39,072 nt of DNA from a virus (lineage: Duplodnaviria > Caudoviricetes): the IMG/VR virus record IMGVR_UViG_3300048998_000060, positions 1-39,072 of that record, one strand, 5' to 3'. Numbering within the stretch: position 1 is the stretch's first letter; every line of letters begins with the position of its first letter. The position numbers were made by a program, and so were the translations under genes. Shown one piece after another: positions 27,419 through 36,735 of the stretch. Below the pieces are notes generated by a model. The model did not search any database. It had not been told where the DNA came from and worked only from the letters and a program-made list of their open reading frames with translations.

Positions 27419-30280
27419 ATGAGCTGGTATAACGACGGCACTATCGCACTGACCTCTGGCAGCAAAGTTGTCATTGGTACAGAGACCAAATTTCTGAGCA
27501 ACATCCGCAATGGCTCGATTCTGATGATCGAAGGCAAACTGCGGATCATCAACGACATCAAGTCGGACACCGAGCTTGAGCTGGAAGTAGCCTATGACGG
27601 GACTACTGGTTCAGGTCGTGCCTACGAAATCATCCGTAACTGGACAGACACGAGTTCGACTGAGCTGGCTATTCGGATCGATGAGTTCTTGACCGATCGC
27701 CAACGCACGATGGATGAGTTTGTTGACTGGGTAAACGGTACGTACAACGGTGGTGTCGGCAACGAGGGTAAGTACCCTCTGACTGACCGCTACGGTGTCG
27801 TCACGCTCGTGAAAAGCCCACAGCGAATGGCCTACGAATCTGGTGGTCCAGGTAGCGGTGGTGGCAGCGGTGCTGATCTGAAGGGCGCGAACATCTGGTT
27901 GGCCAGCGACTACGGTGTACTCGGTGGTTCGACCATCGATGAGACCGACAACATCAACGATGCAATCGCAGCCTGTGGTCAGGCCGGCGGTGGTACCGTG
28001 ATCGTTCGCAGCCATAACGGTATCGACCCGATCTACATCAACAAGCTGATCTCCATTGAGTACAACAACGTCACCCTCAAATGGGAGAGTGACGTGACCT
28101 ACGGTTCGGTTGGATGGCAGCGCATCTCTGGTGGTCTGGCTGAGATTCGCCGCCCGGGTCAGACTGAGCTGCTGAAGCTTCGAGCCAACAGCACGACTGA
28201 TGCCAACGGCTACATGGTTCTGCCGATGAGAGCTGGTAACGGTTCGTTCTTGGTCGTGGGTGATCGCATCACTGTGCGTGGTCAGAACACCAAGTCAGGC
28301 GCCGTCATCGAGAAGCAAGTGACCACCGTAACTGCAATCAGCGGTGACGATGTGACCTGCTCGGATGAACCTGACTACACGTTCAAGCCGACCTACCCAC
28401 TTTCTGACTACCCGGAAGACTTGACCACCGGTACCACAATCTCGATCAGCGTGTTCTCGGCGATGACTACCAACGTCAAGAACACCGATGTGATCCCGGT
28501 TGTCAGCACGACTGGCTTCTTTGCTGGTGACCTGGTGTACATCAGCGACAGCCGTACCGAGAAAGACATGATGGCTCCGGTTGTCACCAACCTGCTGTCT
28601 GCTGCGAACATGGAAATCTGCCGGATCGCTGCTATCGAGGGGAACAACATTCGCCTTGAACGAGCTGTTCGTCGTGAGTATCTGATCGCCTGGGGTGCAG
28701 GTGTAGTGAAGATGGATGCTGTGAAGAACAGCCACATCAAGCTGCGCAACGTGACTTGGGTAGGCATTCAACCAGACCGCAAAGCACACGGTGCAGCTAT
28801 CAACTACGGTTGGGAATGCACCGTTCAGGTAGACGACATGTACGGCCGGGGTGGTCGCAAAGGGATCGGTATTCGTATCGCCTATGCCTACGACTGTCAC
28901 GCCATTGGTTCGAAGGTCTATGACGCCTACAGCTTCGCATCTGCTGAAGGGTACGGCATCAGCCTCTACTACTCGACTCTCTGCACAGTGCGGAACAACA
29001 TCTCCTCTGGGAACCGTCACAACATCCTGTTGCAGACCGCGACCTCGTGTGACGTGTTCGACAACACCTGCAACGATGACTACATCAGTGGCATCGACTT
29101 GCACGGTGCCGGCTCTGTTGACTGCCGAGTCATGCGCAACCGTATCTCGCGGTCGAAATCGTATGCAGACGGTGTTACCAACGGTGGTGCCATTCGTAAC
29201 GGTAACACTGCGCACACCATCGGTGACCACCGGACTGTGATCGCTGACAACTACATCGAGGGCTACCTGGATACCAAGTGTGCGGCGATCGACGTTTCGC
29301 CAAGCTCGAATGGTGTGGTGGTTCGAAACAACGATATCGTGGACTGTGCAGTAGGCTTCCGTCACTACAACGTGGGCAGCGCGATCACGCCTGCTCAGTA
29401 CAGCGACCGCATCTTGCTGGACAGCAACACCTACACCCGAGTAGCCAGCCCATACGGTCTGAACAACTACTCGAACTCGATCGTCACCGAGATTTATGCC
29501 ATCAACGAGAAGTCCATCGAGAACAGCACCCACTTTGTCATCAAGGGTATCCCGAAGGTGACTATGATCGGCTGCAAGATCATCGCACCCAAAGCTGCTG
29601 CCGGTGGTTACGCTTTCGATATCAACGGGTCGACCAAGTTCATCGGCTATGACAACGTGGCCGGCGAAGCTGCACGCGGGTTCAAGATCACCAACTGCGT
29701 GTACGCCAAAATGGTGCGCAACTTCCTGGGCGATACTCTCGAAGGCATCGGCGTAACAGATGGTGGTGGTAACACTACTCTGCTGAACCTTCAGAACACC
29801 GATGTTGTTTCGGGTGGCGGTGGTACTGCGAGCCCTGCGAAGTTCACTCGCATCAACGGTACTCTGGCTGTGAACGCAACCTCGACTGACCCGGTGAACA
29901 TCGACACGAACACCCCAAGCATCGCCAACGGTCTCACAGCCGTCTCTGGGGCCGTCAACGTCGCAATCGGGAGTCTTATCGAGGTGTACGCTTGCATCCC
30001 GTATGTGAGCTTGGGCGGCTCTACAGGCCCAGTCTCTGCGCACTTGTGGGCAGACGGTACCCGAGTAGCTTCGGCGATCGATCGGTTGACCGCTTCTACA
30101 GGTGCAGAGAACACCGGTGGTAAAGACTTCGTGCTGGTGGCCAACTTCATCGCCACCGAAACGGTTCTCGATTTGATCCTCAAGATCGGTCCGAACGCCA
30201 CGAGTAACACGATCATGCTCAACAGCAAATGGAACGGGGCAAGTCAGCCCTACCTGCTCATCAAGGAGTTCCCGCAATGA
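27419..30280 (+). CDS. tail spike 2, right-handed parallel beta-helix depolymerase
   Basis: N-terminal anchor paralogous to spike 1. SDYGVLG..IDETDNINDAIAA...GGGTV cap motif, Asn/Cys-ladder beta-helix repeats and IDLHG motif. Confidence 0.85.
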   Translation: MSWYNDGTIALTSGSKVVIGTETKFLSNIRNGSILMIEGKLRIINDIKSDTELELEVAYDGTTGSGRAYEIIRNWTDTSSTELAIRIDEFLTDRQRTMDEFVDWVNGTYNGGVGNEGKYPLTDRYGVVTLVKSPQRMAYESGGPGSGGGSGADLKGANIWLASDYGVLGGSTIDETDNINDAIAACGQAGGGTVIVRSHNGIDPIYINKLISIEYNNVTLKWESDVTYGSVGWQRISGGLAEIRRPGQTELLKLRANSTTDANGYMVLPMRAGNGSFLVVGDRITVRGQNTKSGAVIEKQVTTVTAISGDDVTCSDEPDYTFKPTYPLSDYPEDLTTGTTISISVFSAMTTNVKNTDVIPVVSTTGFFAGDLVYISDSRTEKDMMAPVVTNLLSAANMEICRIAAIEGNNIRLERAVRREYLIAWGAGVVKMDAVKNSHIKLRNVTWVGIQPDRKAHGAAINYGWECTVQVDDMYGRGGRKGIGIRIAYAYDCHAIGSKVYDAYSFASAEGYGISLYYSTLCTVRNNISSGNRHNILLQTATSCDVFDNTCNDDYISGIDLHGAGSVDCRVMRNRISRSKSYADGVTNGGAIRNGNTAHTIGDHRTVIADNYIEGYLDTKCAAIDVSPSSNGVVVRNNDIVDCAVGFRHYNVGSAITPAQYSDRILLDSNTYTRVASPYGLNNYSNSIVTEIYAINEKSIENSTHFVIKGIPKVTMIGCKIIAPKAAAGGYAFDINGSTKFIGYDNVAGEAARGFKITNCVYAKMVRNFLGDTLEGIGVTDGGGNTTLLNLQNTDVVSGGGGTASPAKFTRINGTLAVNATSTDPVNIDTNTPSIANGLTAVSGAVNVAIGSLIEVYACIPYVSLGGSTGPVSAHLWADGTRVASAIDRLTASTGAENTGGKDFVLVANFIATETVLDLILKIGPNATSNTIMLNSKWNGASQPYLLIKEFPQ

Positions 30281-30684
30281 AAAGCGAGTTCTTGACCAAG
30301 TTCAACGGCATTCAACTTGAGAAGCGTAAGTGGGAGATAGCCGCGCCCCTCAAGTTCAATGACGAAGTGTTCGGGCGAATCACAGCCGAGGTCGGTTTTC
30401 AGACTGATCTTGCGTCGATCAACTCGCTGCGCTACATCGCACCCCTTCTGTACGCTCTTCTCGTGGGCTACGGGAACGCCGCCTGTACGATTCATGACAT
30501 GCTCTACAAAGAGGGACGGCTCTCTCGTAAAGCGTGTGACGAAGTGCTCTATCGTGCGCTTCGTGCCGAAGGTGTGGCAAAATGGCGTGCTGCCATTTTC
30601 TACGCCGGCGTAAGGGTATTTGGCGGCCGTTTTTACAATGATGACAATGGCTCCAACAACTCTCAGGCTGCTCAGGCCGTTTAA
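30277..30684 (+). CDS. DUF1353 family protein
   Basis: GFQTDLASI...ACTIHDMLY...RKACDEVL...FYAGVRVFG. ATGA overlap, AAGGAG RBS. Confidence 0.85.
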   Translation: MKSEFLTKFNGIQLEKRKWEIAAPLKFNDEVFGRITAEVGFQTDLASINSLRYIAPLLYALLVGYGNAACTIHDMLYKEGRLSRKACDEVLYRALRAEGVAKWRAAIFYAGVRVFGGRFYNDDNGSNNSQAAQAV

Positions 30685-30699
30685 TACGAGGAAAGCGCA

Positions 30700-32439
30700 A
30701 TGCCAAATATGGTAGAGGATATCAATGTCGGAGGTACGTGGCTCAACGCTTCCGTTACCGCTGGCTACACGCCGGGCAAACAGATCGTTCTCCAGAACAA
30801 GGGCGTGTATTCGCTTTTGGTAATGGTCAAGTCTGACTCGCCTGCATCGAGCTCCATCTCGGGCTTCCGTCTGGGTCCGAACGAACGGTTTTCGTCCATC
30901 TTCAATGATACGGTCTGGGTTCGTTCTGAATCCGGTACCACCAGTATGGCCATCGCCTCCCTGGATAACGCTCTCGACAGCACTCTGCCTGCATCGGTTG
31001 CTCTCAGCGATACCGTACTCGACCTGGGTACCGGTGATACCAAACAGCTGACTGCAACTGTCTCGCCGGCCGGTGTCTCTCAGACCGTGACCTGGACTTC
31101 GAGCGATCCGACCATCGCAACCGTTTCGAACACCGGTCTGGTTCGAAGCCTCAAGAAAGGCAGCGTGTCGATCAAAGCCATCGCAACCAACGGTGTCTTC
31201 AGCTCTTGCGCTACCACTGGTACTCAGATCAAGGCTGTTACTCAGTGGAACTCGGTCAACAAAGAGTTCGATAACTTCGGTACCACTCAAGGTCTGTTGG
31301 GTTACTGGTCTCGTGTTCCTCAGCGTATCGGCGATGCTACCAAGCAAGTGCGCCTGTACTTCTACAACTGGATCATGAAAGACACCCGTAACGGCCTCTG
31401 CACCAACCCAGGCAACGGCAACACTGTTACCGGGTGCTCGGTCGAGTTCAACGGTATCGTCAAGCCTGTGACCTTCAACGGCGGTCGTACTCTGGCAATG
31501 GTGGATGGTGAAGCGGGCGTGTTCGCAGACCCACTGAAGGCAAGCGACTTCAACGTTACCTCGTTTCCGAAAAATGCCCTGATCACGATCAACACTCGTA
31601 TCACCATCCCAACTGGTGGCGTGCTGGGTTACTCGACTCGTGAAAGCGGTCAAACCAACGGCTCGCAGTCGATGTACTACAACCCAGCCAATACAACTCT
31701 GTCGAGCATCGACGCAGCCGGCCTGGTCACTACCACCGGTACCGCTCCACAAAGCCGTATCGTCATGTACTGCCCGTTCGTTCTGGGTCTGCACGTCGAT
31801 CAAGATGCAGTATCGGTTCTGGTTGAGGGTGACTCGATTATGGCCGGCGTGGGTGACGCTTCTGTTCAGGACAACATCGGTATCGGTTATGCAAACCGCA
31901 TGATCACTGCTGCACAGGTTGCAGGTCTGAACCTGGGTGTTGGTGGCTCTCGCGCAATCGACGGCATTCTCGATCCTCGCTTCACTGCGCTGCACAAATA
32001 CTGTACTCATGCTATGGTTGGCTACGGTACCAACAACCTGGAGCCAGGTGTCAGCACCACCGCTCAGTCGATTGTCGACATCATCAAACAGCGGATCGCT
32101 TCTCACCAAGCAAACGGTATCAATCGTACCCTGGTATGCAAGCTCACACCTCGTACTACTGCAACCGTTAGCGCCACTGGCTGGACCACTCTGGACAACC
32201 AAGTTGCTCAGGGTCAAGCTCTCACCAACCAGTTCAACACTCTGCTGGATACCTCTGGTTTCTACGGCGTGTTGCAGAACACCGCAGTTCGAGCACCAAG
32301 CAATTTGGACCTGTGGATTCCGAACAACACCCCGGATGGTTTGCACCCAGGTGGTAACGACAACGGTGGCGGTCATGCGAAGCTTGCCGTTCAAGGCACT
32401 TCGCAGTTCACTGCGATGATTGCCCCAGTGGCAGCGTAA
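30700..32439 (+). CDS. virion appendage: shared N-domain + Ig-like (Big_2) + beta-sandwich + SGNH esterase
   Basis: Big_2 motif QLTATVSP...VTWTSSDPTIATVSNTGLV. SGNH blocks EGDSI, NLGVGG, GYGTNN and DGLHP. Confidence 0.82.
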   Translation: MPNMVEDINVGGTWLNASVTAGYTPGKQIVLQNKGVYSLLVMVKSDSPASSSISGFRLGPNERFSSIFNDTVWVRSESGTTSMAIASLDNALDSTLPASVALSDTVLDLGTGDTKQLTATVSPAGVSQTVTWTSSDPTIATVSNTGLVRSLKKGSVSIKAIATNGVFSSCATTGTQIKAVTQWNSVNKEFDNFGTTQGLLGYWSRVPQRIGDATKQVRLYFYNWIMKDTRNGLCTNPGNGNTVTGCSVEFNGIVKPVTFNGGRTLAMVDGEAGVFADPLKASDFNVTSFPKNALITINTRITIPTGGVLGYSTRESGQTNGSQSMYYNPANTTLSSIDAAGLVTTTGTAPQSRIVMYCPFVLGLHVDQDAVSVLVEGDSIMAGVGDASVQDNIGIGYANRMITAAQVAGLNLGVGGSRAIDGILDPRFTALHKYCTHAMVGYGTNNLEPGVSTTAQSIVDIIKQRIASHQANGINRTLVCKLTPRTTATVSATGWTTLDNQVAQGQALTNQFNTLLDTSGFYGVLQNTAVRAPSNLDLWIPNNTPDGLHPGGNDNGGGHAKLAVQGTSQFTAMIAPVAA

Positions 32440-32445
32440 TCAAAT

Positions 32446-32471
32446 AGACCGCAGGGATGCGGTCTCTATTT
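32446..32471 (+). terminator. hairpin / weak terminator
   Basis: AGACCGCA-GGGA-TGCGGTCT followed by CTATTT. Confidence 0.5.
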
Positions 32472-32479
32472 AAGAGGTC

Positions 32480-32500
32480 CAAAATGGCTGACATGATCGA
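32480..32500 (+). repeat. 21-nt direct repeat, copy 1
   Basis: CAAAATGGCTGACATGATCGA, identical to 36464-36484. Confidence 0.85.
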
Positions 32501-35500
32501 AGATGTGGGAATCCCCCGAGACTGGGTGAACGCTTACACCGTCTCTGGTTTCACCGCGGGCTCAGCTCTCACCATCCAGAACAAGGGCGCATACCCTATT
32601 CTGGTAATGGTGAGAGTCGCGAGCCCTGCTGCCGGCAATCTCAGCGGCTTTCGTCTGACTCAAAATGAAACTTGGCAAGGCAAGGCTGGCGATACAGTGT
32701 GGCTGCGTGGCGAGGGCGGGACTTCGATGGTCTGTCTTCAGTCGAGTACGGCCAACGTCATCGTGCCTGAAAGCGTTTCTGTTTCTCCCAAGCCAATCAG
32801 TCTGACCGCAGGGTCTACTCAACAGCTGCTGGCCAACGTTCTTCCTTCCGGGTCGCCTCAAGCAGTGTCCTGGTCTACCAGTGATGCTTCTGTTGCAACC
32901 GTATCGACTGCTGGTCTGGTTACTGCTGTGCCTGGTGCTGCTACCGGCGCAACTGCAAGCATCACCGCCACCACTTCGAACGGTAAGACCGACACCACCG
33001 TCTTGACCATCGCTGCCACTGTTGTGGTGCCGGCAAGCGTCTCTATCGATCCAACCTCGGCCTCGCTGACCGCGGGTACTACCCAGCAGTTCACCGCGAC
33101 TGTGCTGCCTGCTAACTCGACCAACAAGACTGTCACCTGGGCAACCAGCGACACCTCGAAGGCGACTGTCAACGCAAGCGGCCTGGTGACCACTGTGATC
33201 GGCGCTGTAGGTGCTGTTGATCTGACTGCGACCACTGTATCTGGCGGCCGTACTTCGAAGGTCACTGTGACCGTTACTGTTGCAGAAGTTGCAATGATGG
33301 CGACCACGTACAACCCAATCGCGACCGTCTTCACCTCTATCACCACCGAAACTCGCACTTCGATGCGTATGCCCGTCACCATTGCCGGCGCTCGCAAGAA
33401 CTACGGTCACATGTTCCCTTGGTGGGCAGTCAAAGAGAACCTCACTCCGGTCACCAGTACCGGTTCGCAGAACGTGGGCAACGGTGTGACGTTCGAGAAG
33501 GTTGCGGTCGAGTACAACGGCGTCTCGATGCCCGCCTACTTCCCTGGCAACTCTCGTTCGGCTGTAGTCACTGACGGACAAGCAACTGACCCTGCTGCAT
33601 GGGTGAACGCTGCTGACTTCGGTTTGACCGAGTTCCCGCACGGGGCAACTCTCGTCGTCAAGTTCGACATGACTGTTCCAGCAAACGGTATCATCCCGAT
33701 CACTGACAAGTACCTGCCTGGCTTCACTGGCACCGTAGCTCAGTGCTGGACATATGACCCGGCTGCAACCGTTGTCTCTGACATCGACGCTGTAGGTGTT
33801 CGTACTCTCACCTCTGGCACTGCGGCAACCACTCGCGGCAAGTGGTTCAACGGTATCGGTATCGGCGTACCTGTCGACCCAACCGTATTGGCAGTCTGTG
33901 CATTCGGTGATTCTCTCGGCGCCGGCTTGAACGACGATGTGTTCCCACAACCATTCGGCCCTGGCTACATCGGTCGTTACCTGCAAGCTTTCACCAAGCC
34001 TGTTGCATACCTCAACCTGTGCGCTGTCGGTCGCTACGTTGTTCAGATGATCCCGGATGCTCGAATGACCCGTCTGGTCAAGCTGTGCAACCAGGGTATC
34101 GGTAACGGCGGTGCCAACGATCTGTTGTTTGGTCGCACTGGCGTCGTAAGCACCATGATCACTGCTATGAATGCCACCGTTGCTGCTTACAAAGCTGCGG
34201 GCTTGAAGACTGTGACCGTTCACAAAATGCCACCTGTCACCAACGACACGACCGGTAACTGGCAGATTCAGAGCAATCTGACCTACGCCACGAACTTCGA
34301 GCCGGGTGGTATCGCAGACGTCTTCAACGCCGCTATCGACAATCAGGGCTTTGACCTCGTTCTCAACGGTGATGAATGGCGTGATCTGACCGATCGCAAC
34401 AAGAACCGCACCAACGGTACTGCGAAGGCGTACTGGAAGGACGGTATTCACCCTCAGAAAATCCTCAACGACATCATGGTCGCGGTCGAGAAGCCTGCGC
34501 TGGTAGCTCTGTGGGCAAACGGCACCACTACCGGGCGTTCGATGGAAGCTGACTTCGTTGCGAAGACCTACAAGCAAGGTCTGCCTCTCGCATCGAGCAC
34601 TCTGTCTGCCATCGGTGGCGCTGTCACTCGCGCTTCGACTGCAACGTACTGGGACGCCGGCCTCTTGAAGACCGCTGCCGCGAACGTCGCACGGATTCAG
34701 ACTGATGGTCTGATCATCGAGCGCTCTCGCACCAACCTCCAGATTCAGTCCAACAACCCTGGTGCTTGGGGTAACGGTGCTGCAACTGGTACTGCAAACG
34801 GCGCGACCGGTCTGGATGGGACCAGCTCTGCTTTCCTGGCGACCTCGGGTAGCAGCACCAAGTCTCAGCACAACACCACGATCCCGACCACCAATCTGCC
34901 GTACACCGCACAAATCTGGGTGAAGACTCTCGCATCCGGCAAGGTGTATCTGCCAGCGTTCGGTATCTACGACAAGGTGATCAACGCTAACGACGACACC
35001 AGCTACTACGACTTCGCGACCAACACGTTTGGTGCGGGCATGATGACAGGGTGGAAGGCAGACGTCGGTGGTATCTACGGCATCTGGACTCGACTGAGCA
35101 TCACGATGGTCAACAGCCAGGCCGGGTCGATCTTCACTGCAATCTGGAAGCAGGACGCAACCGCTCAGATCACTTGGGGCGGCATGATGCTGGAGCAGTC
35201 TGCATCGCCAACCAGCTATGTTCCGACTACCACTGTTGCGGTGACTCGTGCAGCTGAAACTCTGCTGATCAAGAACGGCGAAGGCTGGTACTTGGGCCAG
35301 GGCACCATGGCTGCTGATGTCGACGACCTTGTTCTCGCTACTCAGAACACCAACGGCATCGCTGTCGAGGGTATCGGTCGGGTTCGTAAGCTGTCCTTCG
35401 ATGTTGGCACCAAGTTCGTAGCCAAGCGTCTCAACGTCATCGGCATGAACCTGGCCGGCGCTGAGTTCGGCAGCAACGTACCGGGTGTGGCTGACACTGA

Positions 35501-36392
35501 CTACTTCTGGCCAGCGCAGGCTGTCTTCGCACGCTACAAGGCTTACGGTATCAACCTGGTCCGAGTACCTTTCAAGTGGGAGCGTATCCAGAAGACTCTG
35601 GGCGGCGCACTCGATACTGCTGAACTGGCTCGCATGGTTGCCACCCTGAACCTCGCTGCTGCGAACGGTATGCAGGTCGTCTTGGACATGCACAACTACT
35701 TCGAGCGTCTGGTTGGTTCTACCACCTTCCGCATCGGTTCTGCTGATGTGACCCGTGCTCAGTGGGTAGACTGCTGGACCAAGATCGTTACCGCTGTACA
35801 AGGGAACGCAGGTCTGTATGGCTACGGTCTGATGAACGAACCGAAGGGCACCACCGGGTACGATGCTTCTCAGCAGTGGGCACCAGCAGCTCAGGCTTGC
35901 GTGACTGCAATCCGTGCAATCGATCCAACCACCACGATCTTCGTGGCCGGCGACGGTTACTCGGGCGCTCACGTTTGGCTGGAGCAGAACAAGACGTTCC
36001 CTCTGGTCGGAAAAAACCTGGTCTACGAGGCTCACTCCTACCTGGACTCGGACAACTCCGGTCGTTATGTTGACCGCAGCGAAGCGATCGATCCACAGGT
36101 TGGTGTCAACCGTCTCACCGTGTTTGCGAACTGGCTCAAGCAGTACGGTCAGCGCGGGATCATCGGTGAAATGGGTTGCCCTGCTGACATGCCTACCGCA
36201 TTGGCAGCGCTCAACAACGCTGTAGCCTTCTCCAGCGCTAACAACATCCCACTGTTCTACTGGGCTGGTGGTGCATACTGGAGCCAGGGTCAAGAGACGG
36301 CCATCGAGTACAACGGCACTGTCCTCGGGCAGATGAACGTCCTCGACGACTACTTCAAGTTCGTCAACCAAATCGGCCCACAGGCCGTTTAA
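32484..36392 (+). CDS. multidomain appendage: shared N-domain + 2x Big_2 + SGNH esterase + head-spike-fibre-like domain + GH5 endoglucanase (1302 aa)
   Basis: AAGAGG RBS before ATG 32484. SGNH blocks FGDSL, GGAND and DGIHP. TRASTATY...GLIIE...TNL...LEQ...PTSYVPT...RAAE domain. GH5 motifs GMNLAGAEFG, RVPFKWER, DMHNY, GLMNEP (Glu 35838-35840), YEAHSYLD and IIGEMG (Glu 36168-36170). Confidence 0.88.
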   Translation: MADMIEDVGIPRDWVNAYTVSGFTAGSALTIQNKGAYPILVMVRVASPAAGNLSGFRLTQNETWQGKAGDTVWLRGEGGTSMVCLQSSTANVIVPESVSVSPKPISLTAGSTQQLLANVLPSGSPQAVSWSTSDASVATVSTAGLVTAVPGAATGATASITATTSNGKTDTTVLTIAATVVVPASVSIDPTSASLTAGTTQQFTATVLPANSTNKTVTWATSDTSKATVNASGLVTTVIGAVGAVDLTATTVSGGRTSKVTVTVTVAEVAMMATTYNPIATVFTSITTETRTSMRMPVTIAGARKNYGHMFPWWAVKENLTPVTSTGSQNVGNGVTFEKVAVEYNGVSMPAYFPGNSRSAVVTDGQATDPAAWVNAADFGLTEFPHGATLVVKFDMTVPANGIIPITDKYLPGFTGTVAQCWTYDPAATVVSDIDAVGVRTLTSGTAATTRGKWFNGIGIGVPVDPTVLAVCAFGDSLGAGLNDDVFPQPFGPGYIGRYLQAFTKPVAYLNLCAVGRYVVQMIPDARMTRLVKLCNQGIGNGGANDLLFGRTGVVSTMITAMNATVAAYKAAGLKTVTVHKMPPVTNDTTGNWQIQSNLTYATNFEPGGIADVFNAAIDNQGFDLVLNGDEWRDLTDRNKNRTNGTAKAYWKDGIHPQKILNDIMVAVEKPALVALWANGTTTGRSMEADFVAKTYKQGLPLASSTLSAIGGAVTRASTATYWDAGLLKTAAANVARIQTDGLIIERSRTNLQIQSNNPGAWGNGAATGTANGATGLDGTSSAFLATSGSSTKSQHNTTIPTTNLPYTAQIWVKTLASGKVYLPAFGIYDKVINANDDTSYYDFATNTFGAGMMTGWKADVGGIYGIWTRLSITMVNSQAGSIFTAIWKQDATAQITWGGMMLEQSASPTSYVPTTTVAVTRAAETLLIKNGEGWYLGQGTMAADVDDLVLATQNTNGIAVEGIGRVRKLSFDVGTKFVAKRLNVIGMNLAGAEFGSNVPGVADTDYFWPAQAVFARYKAYGINLVRVPFKWERIQKTLGGALDTAELARMVATLNLAAANGMQVVLDMHNYFERLVGSTTFRIGSADVTRAQWVDCWTKIVTAVQGNAGLYGYGLMNEPKGTTGYDASQQWAPAAQACVTAIRAIDPTTTIFVAGDGYSGAHVWLEQNKTFPLVGKNLVYEAHSYLDSDNSGRYVDRSEAIDPQVGVNRLTVFANWLKQYGQRGIIGEMGCPADMPTALAALNNAVAFSSANNIPLFYWAGGAYWSQGQETAIEYNGTVLGQMNVLDDYFKFVNQIGPQAV

Positions 36393-36404
36393 CCAGCAGT
36401 GATT

Positions 36405-36432
36405 GCAAAAGCCACTTGATTGTGGCTTTTGC
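36405..36432. terminator. perfect inverted repeat, likely (bidirectional) terminator
   Basis: GCAAAAGCCAC-TTGATT-GTGGCTTTTGC, just after the GH5 gene. Confidence 0.7.
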
Positions 36433-36463
36433 GTTATTATGGTCCGCACAATTTGGAGGGCTT

Positions 36464-36484
36464 CAAAATGGCTGACATGATCGA
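36464..36484 (+). repeat. 21-nt direct repeat, copy 2
   Basis: CAAAATGGCTGACATGATCGA, identical to 32480-32500. Confidence 0.85.
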
Positions 36485-36734
36485 CGACACGTCGGTACCC
36501 GTTACATGGGTCAATGCGCACACTCTTGCGGGTATTACCGCCGGCGTTGCGATCACTATCAACGTCAAAGGGGCCTTTCCTATCTTGGCGATGGTAGGCA
36601 ACACAGCTCCATTGGAAGGCATCGCATCCGGTTATCGCATGTTGCCTAACACTCTTTGGGCTACCGATCTTGGAGACACTCTCTGGATCAGAGCCGAAAG
36701 CGGTATCACCACTGCAAGCATTCAGGAGAAATGA
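36468..36734 (+). CDS. free-standing ~88-aa shared N-domain protein (putative spike base / docking protein)
   Basis: GGAGG RBS before ATG 36468. Full-length paralog of the N-termini of 30700 and 32484. Confidence 0.8.
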   Translation: MADMIDDTSVPVTWVNAHTLAGITAGVAITINVKGAFPILAMVGNTAPLEGIASGYRMLPNTLWATDLGDTLWIRAESGITTASIQEK

Positions 36735-36735
36735 G

